From positions 96,001 through 160,000 of IMG/VR virus record IMGVR_UViG_2061766007_001346: a DNA stretch of 64,000 nt, one strand, 5' to 3'. Numbering within the stretch: the stretch's first letter is position 1; each line of letters starts with the position of its first letter. The notes under the pieces were generated by a model. That model ran no database searches and was not told the origin of the DNA. It was given only the letters and a program-made list of their open reading frames with translations. The DNA comes from a virus (Duplodnaviria; Caudoviricetes). The position numbers were made by a program, and so were the translations under genes. Shown here one piece after another: positions 22,525 through 32,167 of the stretch.

Positions 22525-23719
22525 CAGTATCTGGATCATAGTTACTGCTGCTGTCGCGGTGTTTCTTCTTCTGTTTATCCCCAAGATTGCAGAAGATGCA
22601 AACAAGTCCAAAAACTATGTTTGTCAGATGCCGCTTACCGGCGCCTATCATGTGTGGACCGACGGTGGTCTGCAGTGGCAGCTCTTCGGTAATGTTTCTG
22701 TCTATAACAAGACCTCTCAGGTTGAGTTCTCTGAACTCCGGAAGGATGAGAACGGTTATGTTGCAGAAGGAAAAAATCCTGCAGCAGCACTGACCTTCAA
22801 TGACAAAGGCCGCGGCATGATTGTTGGTTCATTCCGAGTGGTGCTTCCGAATGATTCGCAGAACATGCAAAAGATTCAGCGAGATTTCGGTAGTGAAGAA
22901 GCTCTCATCAACAATCTAGTCCGTCCTACTCTCTACAAGGTTGTTACCGCCTGCGGTCCTCTGATGTCGAGTCTTGAATCAGTTTCTGAAACTAGAACTG
23001 ACTTGATTTCGTATATTACCGACCAGCTTAACAACGGTGTTTATAAAACTCGTTCCATCAAGGAGGAAGTCACCAATGAACTTACAGGTGATAAAGAAAC
23101 ACGAGTGCGCGCTGAGATTATTTCCGATCCCAACTCGGTCGGTGGATATGCACGTCAGGAAGTTTCTCCATTCTCCATGTATGGTATTACGAGTGGACTG
23201 GTTTCCATTATCGACATCAAGTACGATAAAGCTACCCAAGACCAGATTGACGCTCAAAAATCGGCTAACCTGGCTGTTATTACCGCCAAGACTAAATCCC
23301 TCGAGGCTATCCAACGTACTGTCCAGATTACAGAGGAAGGTAAAGCAGCCGCTGAGAAAGCTAAGTGGGAGCAGGAGAAAATCAAGGCCGTAGCTGTGAC
23401 TGAAGCAGAACAGGAACGTGAAGTTTCCAAGCTTGCTGCCGAGAAGGCCGAATTCGACAAGAAACGTATCATTGCCGAAGGTGAGGCTGAGGCAGCCGCA
23501 AATAGGGCTAAAGTCGCAGCTGGCCTGACTCCTCAGGAAGCCGCTGAGTGGAAATACAAGACACAGGTCGGAATCGCAGAAGCTCTTTCGAAATCCGGTG
23601 TGAGCTGGGTGCCGAAGGTGATGATGGGCGGCAGTGGTAGTAGTAACAACTCTGCCATGGACGCCGTCGGTCTGAAAATGCTTCTCGACATTACCGAAAG
23701 CATTGCTGATCAGAAGTAA
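22499..23719 (+). CDS. SPFH/band-7 domain membrane protein
   Basis: N-terminal TM helix, SPFH core, Ala/Glu coiled coil (AEGEAEAAANR), WVPKVMMGG tail. Confidence 0.8.
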   Translation: MKPVQVNRSSIWIIVTAAVAVFLLLFIPKIAEDANKSKNYVCQMPLTGAYHVWTDGGLQWQLFGNVSVYNKTSQVEFSELRKDENGYVAEGKNPAAALTFNDKGRGMIVGSFRVVLPNDSQNMQKIQRDFGSEEALINNLVRPTLYKVVTACGPLMSSLESVSETRTDLISYITDQLNNGVYKTRSIKEEVTNELTGDKETRVRAEIISDPNSVGGYARQEVSPFSMYGITSGLVSIIDIKYDKATQDQIDAQKSANLAVITAKTKSLEAIQRTVQITEEGKAAAEKAKWEQEKIKAVAVTEAEQEREVSKLAAEKAEFDKKRIIAEGEAEAAANRAKVAAGLTPQEAAEWKYKTQVGIAEALSKSGVSWVPKVMMGGSGSSNNSAMDAVGLKMLLDITESIADQK

Positions 23720-24060
23720 TGAAACGGTTTATGATTTTACTGCTAGGATTTCTTTTTGTCTGTGGACTTTGTTCCGCAGACAAAAAGGATTCCGAACAAG
23801 GTGTTCTCGTCAAGAAGACGCTTATTGAATACCACCACAGTGAAAATTGTTCCGGACATGACTTTCTGATTGGAAGGATTGATTTCCAACAAGAAGGGCA
23901 TGACATGTGGATGTTCATTAAAGAAGGCAATAATGGTAAGTCTTATGATGATGATGACATCATCAACATTGAACATTCGCCAGATTGCAAATTATGCCAT
24001 CCCGAAGAAACTACTCCTATCGTCGAAGAAACAAAACCCTCAGACTACTGGGGCTGGTAA
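23719..24060 (+). CDS. Secreted hypothetical protein
   Basis: Signal peptide; HSPDC motif. Confidence 0.65.
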   Translation: MKRFMILLLGFLFVCGLCSADKKDSEQGVLVKKTLIEYHHSENCSGHDFLIGRIDFQQEGHDMWMFIKEGNNGKSYDDDDIINIEHSPDCKLCHPEETTPIVEETKPSDYWGW

Positions 24061-24072
24061 AAATAAACAATT

Positions 24073-24288
24073 ATGTACTCTGAACTCGTTGCCAAAAGAA
24101 ACAGCATTCTTGATCAGTTCAAGAAGGCTCATCAGGAACTTTGTGAAGTCAACACACAGATTGACGCAGAAGTGGCCGAAGCGAACAAGAAGATCGCCGA
24201 ACTCCAGAAGGAAACCGCTTCTCTCAACACTCTGAAGACTCAGAACGCCGGTTCTATCAAGAGTCTGAAGAAAATCCTTGGAGAGTAA
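24073..24288 (+). CDS. Small coiled-coil protein
   Basis: Heptad pattern. Confidence 0.65.
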   Translation: MYSELVAKRNSILDQFKKAHQELCEVNTQIDAEVAEANKKIAELQKETASLNTLKTQNAGSIKSLKKILGE

Positions 24289-24298
24289 TCTCCAACCC

Positions 24299-24691
24299 GG
24301 GCCTGTTCTGGTTTTGACCTATAACGTATTAATATTGACTTATGCAGGTAAATGTGCGCCAGTACCTTATAAGATGCGTGCAAACTATTAAATGCCAATA
24401 ACACTAATAGCAGAATTCGCAACAAGGTTGTCGATCTGCGCAGCATGTTTGGCCAGTCTCCGTTCACTGTACGGATGGCTGCTTAGTTTTCTTTGTAGTT
24501 CGTAAAACAAAGTGGTGGAGGTGAGCTTAGCTCACACCGATGCTGAGAACCGAGAGAAACTCAGGGAAGAAATCTCTCAATGAGTGATAGTGGAACCTAG
24601 CTCAATAAATACATGGTTATCCTAAGCATATAAATAAAGTCAATGTGGGTATTTTATAGACACAGCGGTTCGACTCCGCTCAGGTCCACCA
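24299..24691 (+). ncRNA. ssrA: tmRNA
   Basis: 5' GGGCCUG-UUCUGGUUUUGAC; 3' T-arm AGCGG-UUCGACU-CCGCU and CAGGUCC-ACCA with G3-U70; tag ORF 24394-24486 ANNTNSRIRNKVVDLRSMFGQSPFTVRMAA. Confidence 0.9.
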
Positions 24692-24692
24692 T

Positions 24693-24971
24693 ATGATTGG
24701 TGTATACATTCTTATCTCATTTTGCAATGTGTTCTTACACATTGTACGGTCCATTTTAGTAATAAAGTCTAGTAAGCTTATTGCTTCTCTGGCCAACTGC
24801 GTTTGTTACACATTTTCAGCCATTGTAATTAAATTTATTTTCGAAGTTGACCTTTGGGTTGCGATCGGGGTTCAGGCGACAACCAATTTCATAGGCTGCT
24901 ATGTAGCAATGTGGTTCTGTGAGAAGGTACTCGCCGAAAAGAATAACCGGTCCCATAGCTCAGCTGGTTAG
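24693..24971 (+). CDS. Small membrane protein (UPF0316/DUF5698-like)
   Basis: Three hydrophobic segments, IVRSILVIK...ASL pattern. Confidence 0.55.
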   Translation: MIGVYILISFCNVFLHIVRSILVIKSSKLIASLANCVCYTFSAIVIKFIFEVDLWVAIGVQATTNFIGCYVAMWFCEKVLAEKNNRSHSSAG

Positions 24972-25022
24972 AGCAGCGGACTCATAATCCGCCGGTCCAC
25001 AGTTCAAACCTGTGTGGGGCCA
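24949..25022 (+). tRNA. tRNA-CAT (Met or Ile2)
   Basis: Cloverleaf; anticodon arm GCGGA-CTCATAA-TCCGC. Confidence 0.9.
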
Positions 25023-25028
25023 CAGATT

Positions 25029-25101
25029 GGTCTTGTAGCTCAGCTGGTAGAGCACGACACTTTTAATGTCGGGGTCACGCGTTCGAACCGCGTCGGGATC
25101 A
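25029..25101 (+). tRNA. tRNA-Lys(TTT)
   Basis: Cloverleaf; loop CTTTTAA. Confidence 0.9.
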
Positions 25102-25115
25102 CAAAATCAGTAGTT

Positions 25116-25439
25116 ATGAAACGACTTATTACAATTTTATCACTGCTCGTATTATCGAGTATATTACTATCTGCGGGTATGTGGACAGAAGTAGAACGAA
25201 CAGAAATTCCATTTGGAACACCCGTTTATCGTTCTATAACTGAATCAGGTAATGTAAAGTACTGTTTCATACTACAAGGTATAACAGTACCTGTTTCAAA
25301 ATCAAACGCAGAAGCATTCGTTAAACGGGAACGTAGGTTAGAACTAGTAAAGTGGTATAATGCTTCCGATAGAAAGTACAAATATACTACCCGAAGACTC
25401 AGTGTTCCCAATCTTGATTTCTCAACTGTTTTTCAATAA
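25116..25439 (+). CDS. Secreted hypothetical protein
   Basis: MKRLITILSLLVLSSILLSA signal peptide. Confidence 0.6.
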   Translation: MKRLITILSLLVLSSILLSAGMWTEVERTEIPFGTPVYRSITESGNVKYCFILQGITVPVSKSNAEAFVKRERRLELVKWYNASDRKYKYTTRRLSVPNLDFSTVFQ

Positions 25440-25714
25440 TGAATGAACTTATGAACGGAATGAAGAAAATGTATGGTCTTCTTGCACCATTCCTTCTTGC
25501 CGCAGCAACTGGTAAAACCAGAATTACAGCGACTGAGAACGGAACGTATCGTACGAACAATTCGTACAAAGAGAACAACTCGCTTGAAGCAAAAGGTTTG
25601 CACACTTATAAGTGCAACGGATTCAAGTTTTATGCTCACAATGAGAAGGAAGCACTGAAGCGGGCCAAGCTTAGAGGCTATTGGAAACCTAACTCTTGCA
25701 TTGTCGAGGTATAG
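25439..25714 (+). CDS. Hypothetical protein
   Basis: ORF coupled by TAATG. Confidence 0.55.
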   Translation: MNELMNGMKKMYGLLAPFLLAAATGKTRITATENGTYRTNNSYKENNSLEAKGLHTYKCNGFKFYAHNEKEALKRAKLRGYWKPNSCIVEV

Positions 25715-25720
25715 CGAACT

Positions 25721-25794
25721 TGAAGCATGGTGTAATGGTAGCACTTGGGATTTTGGATCCCACAGTTCAAGTTCGAATCTTGATGTTTCAACCA
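25721..25794 (+). tRNA. tRNA-Gln(TTG)
   Basis: Cloverleaf with encoded CCA; loop TTTTGGA. Confidence 0.9.
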
Positions 25795-26168
25795 ACGAGT
25801 AACGCTACTTGTAAAGAAATTAGCGAAGTTCTTTGATTTGGAGCCTAAAGGGCAACTTTCTACTAACCGTGGCTCCCGTCTCATATAGGGTGATACCTAT
25901 GTGGGGCACCGAGTGAGTATGCAACTCTCGTCTGCGGACGCCAAATGCATGCCGTGTGGTTACATTATGTTAGTGCGACTAAACCGTAACAGGGCAGTAC
26001 GGAATGTGGTGTGACGCACCCAAATCATCACGCGAACAACTTTAAATATGTGTGTCGAAGACTTATCGTGAAACTCTATAGATTTTAATTAAATCGTTTA
26101 ATATATTGGAGGCACACATCATCGCTAGTAAACCTCATGTTTAAAGTTGTTCATTTTTCTTGAATATT

Positions 26169-26777
26169 ATGAAAATAGTAGATAATTGGAATTACTTACG
26201 TGGAAAGTTAGATTTCTCGGATCCTTCTATGTTTTATATGGTGCAATTGCAACAACGTAAGAAGGATGATGAAACCTTTCCAGCCAATAATCGGACCGTA
26301 AAGACATTCTTTATCGGTTCACTACAAGAATATGACGCATTAGAATCAGAGATAAAGAGATTATCTGATGAAACCAAAAGTAGGGTTTATATTCGTTTGA
26401 ACAGACGTTCTTATGAACACGTTGCATTGCAGGTAAATAAAGATCTTGCACAATTGTTGCAGGATAAGAATTTTCAGCATCTAAAGAATCTTGTTCCTTC
26501 TGCTGCTGGTAATGTCTGTTCTGAAAAGAAAGAAGATAGATTGTGGTTAATAGATGTTGACACAGATGATAAAGACAATTGGACAACTTTAGAATCTAGA
26601 ATTGTTCAATGGTTTGCTACATTCTATCGAGTGAATCTAATAAAATTCGAAGTACCTACTATACATGGTGTACATTTAATCACTTATAAATTTGATTCAG
26701 ACGCATTTGAAACAGCTTTTCCGAAAGTAGCAATACATAAGGATAATCCTACATTACTTTATTTCAAGCATGAATAA
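26169..26777 (+). CDS. Hypothetical protein with AEP/prim-pol-like motifs
   Basis: WLIDVD and GVHLI motifs (DxD...GxH). Confidence 0.55.
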   Translation: MKIVDNWNYLRGKLDFSDPSMFYMVQLQQRKKDDETFPANNRTVKTFFIGSLQEYDALESEIKRLSDETKSRVYIRLNRRSYEHVALQVNKDLAQLLQDKNFQHLKNLVPSAAGNVCSEKKEDRLWLIDVDTDDKDNWTTLESRIVQWFATFYRVNLIKFEVPTIHGVHLITYKFDSDAFETAFPKVAIHKDNPTLLYFKHE

Positions 26778-27243
26778 AATCATTTTTTTGGATTGCGACG
26801 GTGTTATCAATCATAATGCTTGGTATAAAGGCGCAGACTATTACAATAATGTATTTATAGACCCGGATATAGATCCGGCTGTTGTGAAAAGATTGAATGA
26901 TCTAACAGAACAGACTGGAGCAAAGATAGTAATATCTTCGTCTTGGAAAGTAGATGCTTATTGCATAACACGACTTGAAAAAGCAGGTCTTAATAACATC
27001 ATTGATGTAACACCGACGTTTGTATTTATTACAGGAGACGATTATTGTCGAGGGATGGAAATTCAAGCATGGCTAAATGCAAACTCTTGTAATAATTATG
27101 TTATCATCGATGACATACGAGATTTCTTTGAAAGTCAAAAAGAACACGTATATATTGTTGATTATCAAGTTGGATTGACAGATGAAGACTGCTTGGTAAT
27201 TAAGAATATGTTGTGTGCAAAATTACGTGACGCATTCGTCTAG
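26770..27243 (+). CDS. HAD-superfamily phosphatase (Swiss-army-knife RNA-repair type)
   Basis: IIFLDCDGV, ISSSW, YVIIDD. Confidence 0.85.
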   Translation: MNKIIFLDCDGVINHNAWYKGADYYNNVFIDPDIDPAVVKRLNDLTEQTGAKIVISSSWKVDAYCITRLEKAGLNNIIDVTPTFVFITGDDYCRGMEIQAWLNANSCNNYVIIDDIRDFFESQKEHVYIVDYQVGLTDEDCLVIKNMLCAKLRDAFV

Positions 27244-27299
27244 GGGTAGGACAGCAGATTTTCAGTCTGTCAGCGGGAGTTCGAATCTCCCATGCGTTA
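27229..27299 (+). tRNA. tRNA-Glu(TTC)
   Basis: Cloverleaf; loop TTTTCAG. Confidence 0.9.
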
Positions 27300-27303
27300 C
27301 AAT

Positions 27304-27388
27304 GGTGGGTTGGGTGAGTGGTTTATACCAGCTGACTTGAAATCAGCCGTACCGTAAGGTACCGTGGGTTCGAATCCTACATCCACCG
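27304..27388 (+). tRNA. tRNA-Ser(TGA)
   Basis: Long variable arm; loop CTTGAAA. Confidence 0.9.
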
Positions 27389-27394
27389 CACTAT

Positions 27395-28044
27395 GGCCTG
27401 GTGGTGAAATGGTAGACACTGGGGACTTAAATAATTTTTTCATAATAATCACTAGACATTGATTATGGTGATATTCGTCGTGAGACGCATATCACTGCTT
27501 AATGAAAAATTTGAGTGCACTCAGGGATAACCTGAGATGTAGAACCTCCCTAATTCGGTGAAAGCTAAAGTTGTATTATGTATAGCTCAGATTACAGAGC
27601 ATCAGTATATGGGGGTGAGAACCAAGGGAAGTCTCACATTACAATATGCCGATACCGAGCCAATGTCACTGACAATTTATCCCTGACAAGGATATTAACA
27701 ATGTTACTGCGAGTATATTGATTGTTAGACAGTGTGTAGAGACTATTACAGGAGGAACCTAAGTTGGAATTGTATATTTGCGGTTACTTCGGTTCAAGCA
27801 GATATGCATCTTGCAAGATTTCAATATGGTTAAGATAGAGTCCAGACCACAAATAAATACAAGTATGGGTAGTTTATATAAAACGAAGACAGTCAGAAAT
27901 GATGGGAGTCTTAGTTCTGTAGTGAGATTCTACAGCCATGTTCGCCAACACATTTATTGTGAATGTATTTAGTAGTGAAAACTATAGTGGTACAAAAATC
28001 CCCTGACCTGAAAGGTCGTGCGGGTTCGATTCCCGCCCGGGCTA
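27395..28044 (+). tRNA. tRNA-Leu(TAA), split by an intron (exons 27395-27428, 27995-28044)
   Basis: Exons join to GGGGA-CTT|AAAA-TCCCC, with a long variable arm and T-arm GCGGG-TTCGATT-CCCGC. Confidence 0.85.
27429..27994 (+). mobile_element. ORF-less group I intron in tRNA-Leu(UAA)
   Basis: P1 ACUUAAAU/AUUUGAGU; AAUUCGGUGAAA (P); CCGAGC (Q); GUAGAGACUA (R); AAGAUAGAGUCC (S); P3 CCUCC/GGAGG. Confidence 0.85.
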
Positions 28045-28061
28045 CAAATAATTAAAACACT

Positions 28062-28331
28062 ATGAAAGCTCGTATAGATAGAATTATTAACTGGAAGGGC
28101 AAAGATTACGCACATGTTGTTGAGGATACACTCACTGAGTTTTGTAGTCTTTGTTCGTTTCAAGATGTGTGCGAGAAAGTAGTATCGCACGAAGTACCAG
28201 TTGATGAATCTCCAATGAAGATTTGTCAAAACATTAGCGACGAACTAAACATTAATACAGCATTCTTTATGGATGCTGTAGAAGCTGAAGGTTACGTTCA
28301 ACGTGTTAATAAGATTGATAAAAAATTATAA
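28062..28331 (+). CDS. Hypothetical protein (Cys-rich)
   Basis: CxxC...C...C pattern. Confidence 0.6.
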   Translation: MKARIDRIINWKGKDYAHVVEDTLTEFCSLCSFQDVCEKVVSHEVPVDESPMKICQNISDELNINTAFFMDAVEAEGYVQRVNKIDKKL

Positions 28332-28415
28332 ATTTCTCCATAGGGCATAACGAGTTCTCGTTAATAATAAGGGAGGTTTTCATAATTTTTCCTCCCTTTT
28401 CTAAAATTTTATGGT

Positions 28416-28706
28416 ATGAAACGAATAGAAGAATTACCTAGGCGAATTAAAACCGGACATAATCAACAGATTTACGAATTTCGTATATATGTTTATCTTA
28501 ATGGTGATTTAGGTGTAGCCTATGTCAAACCGGATGATACTCGTGATAAGATTCTTGTAACTAACATTAAACCGAATCAGGCAACAGTAAAAAAACTAAG
28601 TCTTTTTCAAGTTAGTTCAACTCCGACACTTAAAGAAGCAATTGAAGAAACCCATAATAAAATCAAGTACTTTAAAGAGTTAGGAGCAATAGAATGTCTT
28701 ACGTAG
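28416..28706 (+). CDS. Hypothetical protein
   Basis: ORF. Confidence 0.6.
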   Translation: MKRIEELPRRIKTGHNQQIYEFRIYVYLNGDLGVAYVKPDDTRDKILVTNIKPNQATVKKLSLFQVSSTPTLKEAIEETHNKIKYFKELGAIECLT

Positions 28707-28963
28707 CAGTTCCATTTCCAGGATGTGGAAAATATCGATCTTTTACTAACATCGAGCAAGCGTTAACCTTTTATAGAGGTAACTTAAACTATCTTGCTTT
28801 ATTATCTATGGTGGCTAATAAGCCACCTTACGTGGTCATTGAACAACGGTATTAAAAACGCAGAAACAACACCTCCTTCTTCTTCATGATCGGTTATTCT
28901 GAATTTAAGCATACTCTGAGCGAATAGTAGTTTCTCTGCGTTCTACTATTCATTTTTACAACT

Positions 28964-29188
28964 ATGTTACCAGACCTTATTAAAGAAAAAGCACGTACTC
29001 TTTACCCGGAATTATTAGTTGTAGATGAGGTAGGAGAGTTACAAGATCGAAACGGTAACGCTCGTCAAGCGTATATCGATGGCTGTTTTATGACCCTTAA
29101 ACACATAAAACCATTACTCGTTAAGTCTAAAGAAGGACTTGTGAGAAATGAGGATTTAGAGTGGATTATATCATGCGACTCCCTGTAA
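28964..29188 (+). CDS. Hypothetical protein
   Basis: ORF. Confidence 0.55.
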   Translation: MLPDLIKEKARTLYPELLVVDEVGELQDRNGNARQAYIDGCFMTLKHIKPLLVKSKEGLVRNEDLEWIISCDSL

Positions 29189-29356
29189 TCAAAAAAGCTG
29201 GAGCATATCTTCAGTGGGCACATGGCGCAAAATATCTAGTAGGTAGAGGTAAACAATGGGATATGTGTGAAGATCTACCTAGCGCTATATGCTATTGGTT
29301 ATGGTGGTGTGGTGTTCCTCCAAGAATTGCGTTTATGTTTTTTAAAAAGCACAACA

Positions 29357-30238
29357 ATGATTAACTATCTTCCTATTAGCGAGTCATTCTTTGGCCCCGA
29401 TGGCATTACTTCGACTAGTGCGAATCATCTTGCCAATCTCGCCAAGCAAAGGTATGAAGCACTTGCTACTACTTTAGGTGAGATTAAGTTCGTAACTGAA
29501 AAGTTCGGACTTATTGGGCAACCTGAAGAAGCATTTGCCATTAGTAGCGTTGCTAATGGACAATGCAATGTCGAACTGTATATCAGTATTCTCGACAAAA
29601 TTTCTACCTATAAAGGTTTTATCGCATTCCTTCGGGAAGCTATCAAGCACAAACGTGATCTTGAACAGGATGCTGTTGCTGCACGCGATCCTGAAATAAA
29701 GAACATTCCCACCAAGGACTTTCCTTCTAAAATGGATGTTTCGGAGTATCTTCTCCGACTTCCTATCAAGGAAAGGGAACACTATCTTTCTCTCGAGGCC
29801 AAATGTGCAACATATGGTAAGTTCATTCATCCGGATGGACCGTTCTATATCGGAAGAAAGAAACTTCTCAAAGCTCTCGCTGAGCCTCGCCATGTCGATT
29901 ATAATGGTAAGGACACAATCATCAAGATTGTTGAACCCACCTATCCCATCGAACATGTTGACCAAGTTCTCGATCGTCTTCAGGCAATTCATCGTGCCGC
30001 AGAGGCTGAGTTTAATGGTATTAAATCTACCATTGAACAGAATATCCTGAAGAAGTATAATGATGACCTGGCCGAATATCGTAAGGCAAATGAGGAACAT
30101 AACGCTAAAATGCGTGCTATTCTTCTTGCCGAAGAAGAGTCTCATAAGGAGCGTCTCGAACTGATTCGCAATTTGAAAATCCAGATTCCGAATAAATATA
30201 AGGAAATCTATTACGAACTTACTCAAAAGACTAACTAG
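29357..30238 (+). CDS. Helical/coiled-coil hypothetical protein
   Basis: GITSTSANHLANLAK, FLREAIK and YGKFIHPDG motifs; long coiled coil. Confidence 0.8.
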   Translation: MINYLPISESFFGPDGITSTSANHLANLAKQRYEALATTLGEIKFVTEKFGLIGQPEEAFAISSVANGQCNVELYISILDKISTYKGFIAFLREAIKHKRDLEQDAVAARDPEIKNIPTKDFPSKMDVSEYLLRLPIKEREHYLSLEAKCATYGKFIHPDGPFYIGRKKLLKALAEPRHVDYNGKDTIIKIVEPTYPIEHVDQVLDRLQAIHRAAEAEFNGIKSTIEQNILKKYNDDLAEYRKANEEHNAKMRAILLAEEESHKERLELIRNLKIQIPNKYKEIYYELTQKTN

Positions 30239-30269
30239 AGACTGAGTGTTTACACGAAACTCTAGTGAA

Positions 30270-30465
30270 TACTGTATAAGGATTGTTATTACTTAACTTC
30301 TGTAAAGTTAATCAAGTTAATCAATCAATGGGGATTCGGTCCCCCCCAACAATGGTTCCCTGCCGAAACGTTTCCAATTTTTTCTTACGTTGTCCTAGTC
30401 CTCGCTGGCAGGGAAGTCTTCGACATTGCCATTGATTGTGTCTTTAGGACAGTTCTTATACAGTA
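30270..30465 (+). ncRNA. Structured RNA with 6-nt periodic tract
   Basis: 18-bp closing stem 30270-30287/30448-30465; internal stems; hexamer array 30392-30445. Confidence 0.6.
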
Positions 30466-30915
30466 AGCCTTTTCTTTAATCTCTGGCGGAGTGATTTCCA
30501 CCAGAGGTTCCAATCCAAATATTTGTGCTATGTTTCGACTTTACTTAGAGTACTTTAAAAAGTTTGGATCAGTTCGTAAGAAGAATTTTGTAATGAGGTA
30601 TTTCTGTATCGAGCGTGTTGATGATGGCGTTGGTGCCGACGATATACTGGATGCTCGTGGTTATACCTACGAAAAGTTTATTCTGGAATTGATCGATAGA
30701 AGAAGAGCGTATTTACTCTATCTCTAGAAAAACAAACCCTGATAAGTCAGTATAGAATGCAGCTTACTGATAAAACAGAGAGGCCACTGCATTAGGCTGA
30801 GGTGAACCATTTGTGTGTACATGCTAAAATGGAACTTCGATGGATAACTCCATTTAAAATTAACTTCCCGCGAACACTGGCTGCTGGTAAGTAGCGGGAA
30901 TTTAAAACGATTGTT

Positions 30916-31179
30916 ATGGTATTTCTTATATTTTATATTGTAAGTGTGTTGGTTTCAATGGGTATCTTTATAACAATGATTTGTTTGTTGTACAAATATG
31001 AAGATAAATTTCCTGATATCAACATAACATGCGTAACATACGGGTCACTTTGTATAGCAGTTATAATTACGATCGTTCCGCTTGTAAACGTAATAATCAG
31101 TCTAATGAAATTCGGTATATTTGTTTCACATTTAATACCTATGGGAGACTGGTTAAATAAAAGTCCATTTGATGAATGA
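30916..31179 (+). CDS. Membrane protein
   Basis: Two TM segments; ATGA overlap with the next gene. Confidence 0.6.
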   Translation: MVFLIFYIVSVLVSMGIFITMICLLYKYEDKFPDINITCVTYGSLCIAVIITIVPLVNVIISLMKFGIFVSHLIPMGDWLNKSPFDE

Positions 31180-31406
31180 AAGTTATATTAATTATACTGT
31201 TGATTATCTTGACTATCGGCCAAATAAGTGTTGAAATCGATATAGATGATACGCTTTGGGCCGAAAGAACAACGGATCGTCCCGTTTATGTTCATCACTA
31301 TAGCAAAGATGAAGGTGTTGTTTATTCTTATTCAGATGATGGATTTAGAAGGACAATGCCTCTTTTAAGATTCTTAACGACGTTTAAACGTATTGATGAC
31401 AAATAA
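31176..31406 (+). CDS. Small secreted/membrane protein
   Basis: Signal-like N-terminus. Confidence 0.55.
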   Translation: MKVILIILLIILTIGQISVEIDIDDTLWAERTTDRPVYVHHYSKDEGVVYSYSDDGFRRTMPLLRFLTTFKRIDDK

Positions 31407-32157
31407 AATAATTATTGTTCCAGATGTTCATTGCAGAAATTTCTATAAACCAGTTTTAAATGTCAAAGACACACCAATAGTTTTTTTAGGAGACTATATG
31501 GACCCTTATTCTTATGAAGGAACTAATGACCACGATGGTTTTGCAAATCTTGAAGAAATCATTGATTTTGCCAAAACAAATACCAATGTAACTTTGTTAT
31601 GTGGAAATCATGACGAATCTTGGATTTGGAATGCATTGGGATTCGAAAGAACTTCATATTATTGGTATCATGATTTACACACACTTTATAGGGAAAACAT
31701 ACAATTGTTTAAGCCATGCTTAAAAGTTGATAATGTGTTATTTACTCATGCTGGAGTTAGTGCGGGATGGATAAATACGATGAATCGTATATTTGAAATA
31801 AACGAAACAAACTTTACTCTAAATGAAAATAACATTGTTTCCTATATTGGTAATGAATTTGAAAAAGAACTTCAACGAGATGGAGTACTTGGGAATTTTC
31901 TAAATCGTGATCTAGAATCGCCAATTTTCTGTGTAGGTCGTTATAGAGGCGGTTATGCTCCACATGGAGGACCGTTTTGGAATGATTTTGATGAGTATCG
32001 TGATCCAGAAGGATGGAATACCATTCAAATCTTCTCTCATTCACAAAGAGAAATCACTGGTTCTATAGGAAATAAGGGTAATGGTTATTGTGTAGACTCT
32101 AGAGCTATTTTTGAACTGGATATGGAAACAAAGGAGATAAAACAGATTAAAATCTAA
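31393..32157 (+). CDS. Calcineurin-like metallophosphoesterase
   Basis: DVH, GDYMD, GNHD, THAG, FSHS motifs. Confidence 0.9.
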   Translation: MMTNKIIIVPDVHCRNFYKPVLNVKDTPIVFLGDYMDPYSYEGTNDHDGFANLEEIIDFAKTNTNVTLLCGNHDESWIWNALGFERTSYYWYHDLHTLYRENIQLFKPCLKVDNVLFTHAGVSAGWINTMNRIFEINETNFTLNENNIVSYIGNEFEKELQRDGVLGNFLNRDLESPIFCVGRYRGGYAPHGGPFWNDFDEYRDPEGWNTIQIFSHSQREITGSIGNKGNGYCVDSRAIFELDMETKEIKQIKI

Positions 32158-32167
32158 TCTGTTTAAC

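Noticed and set aside
27304-27388. Second suppressor tRNA (anticodon written TGA)
   Set aside because: Anticodon UGA reads UCA; it is an ordinary tRNA-Ser with a long variable arm
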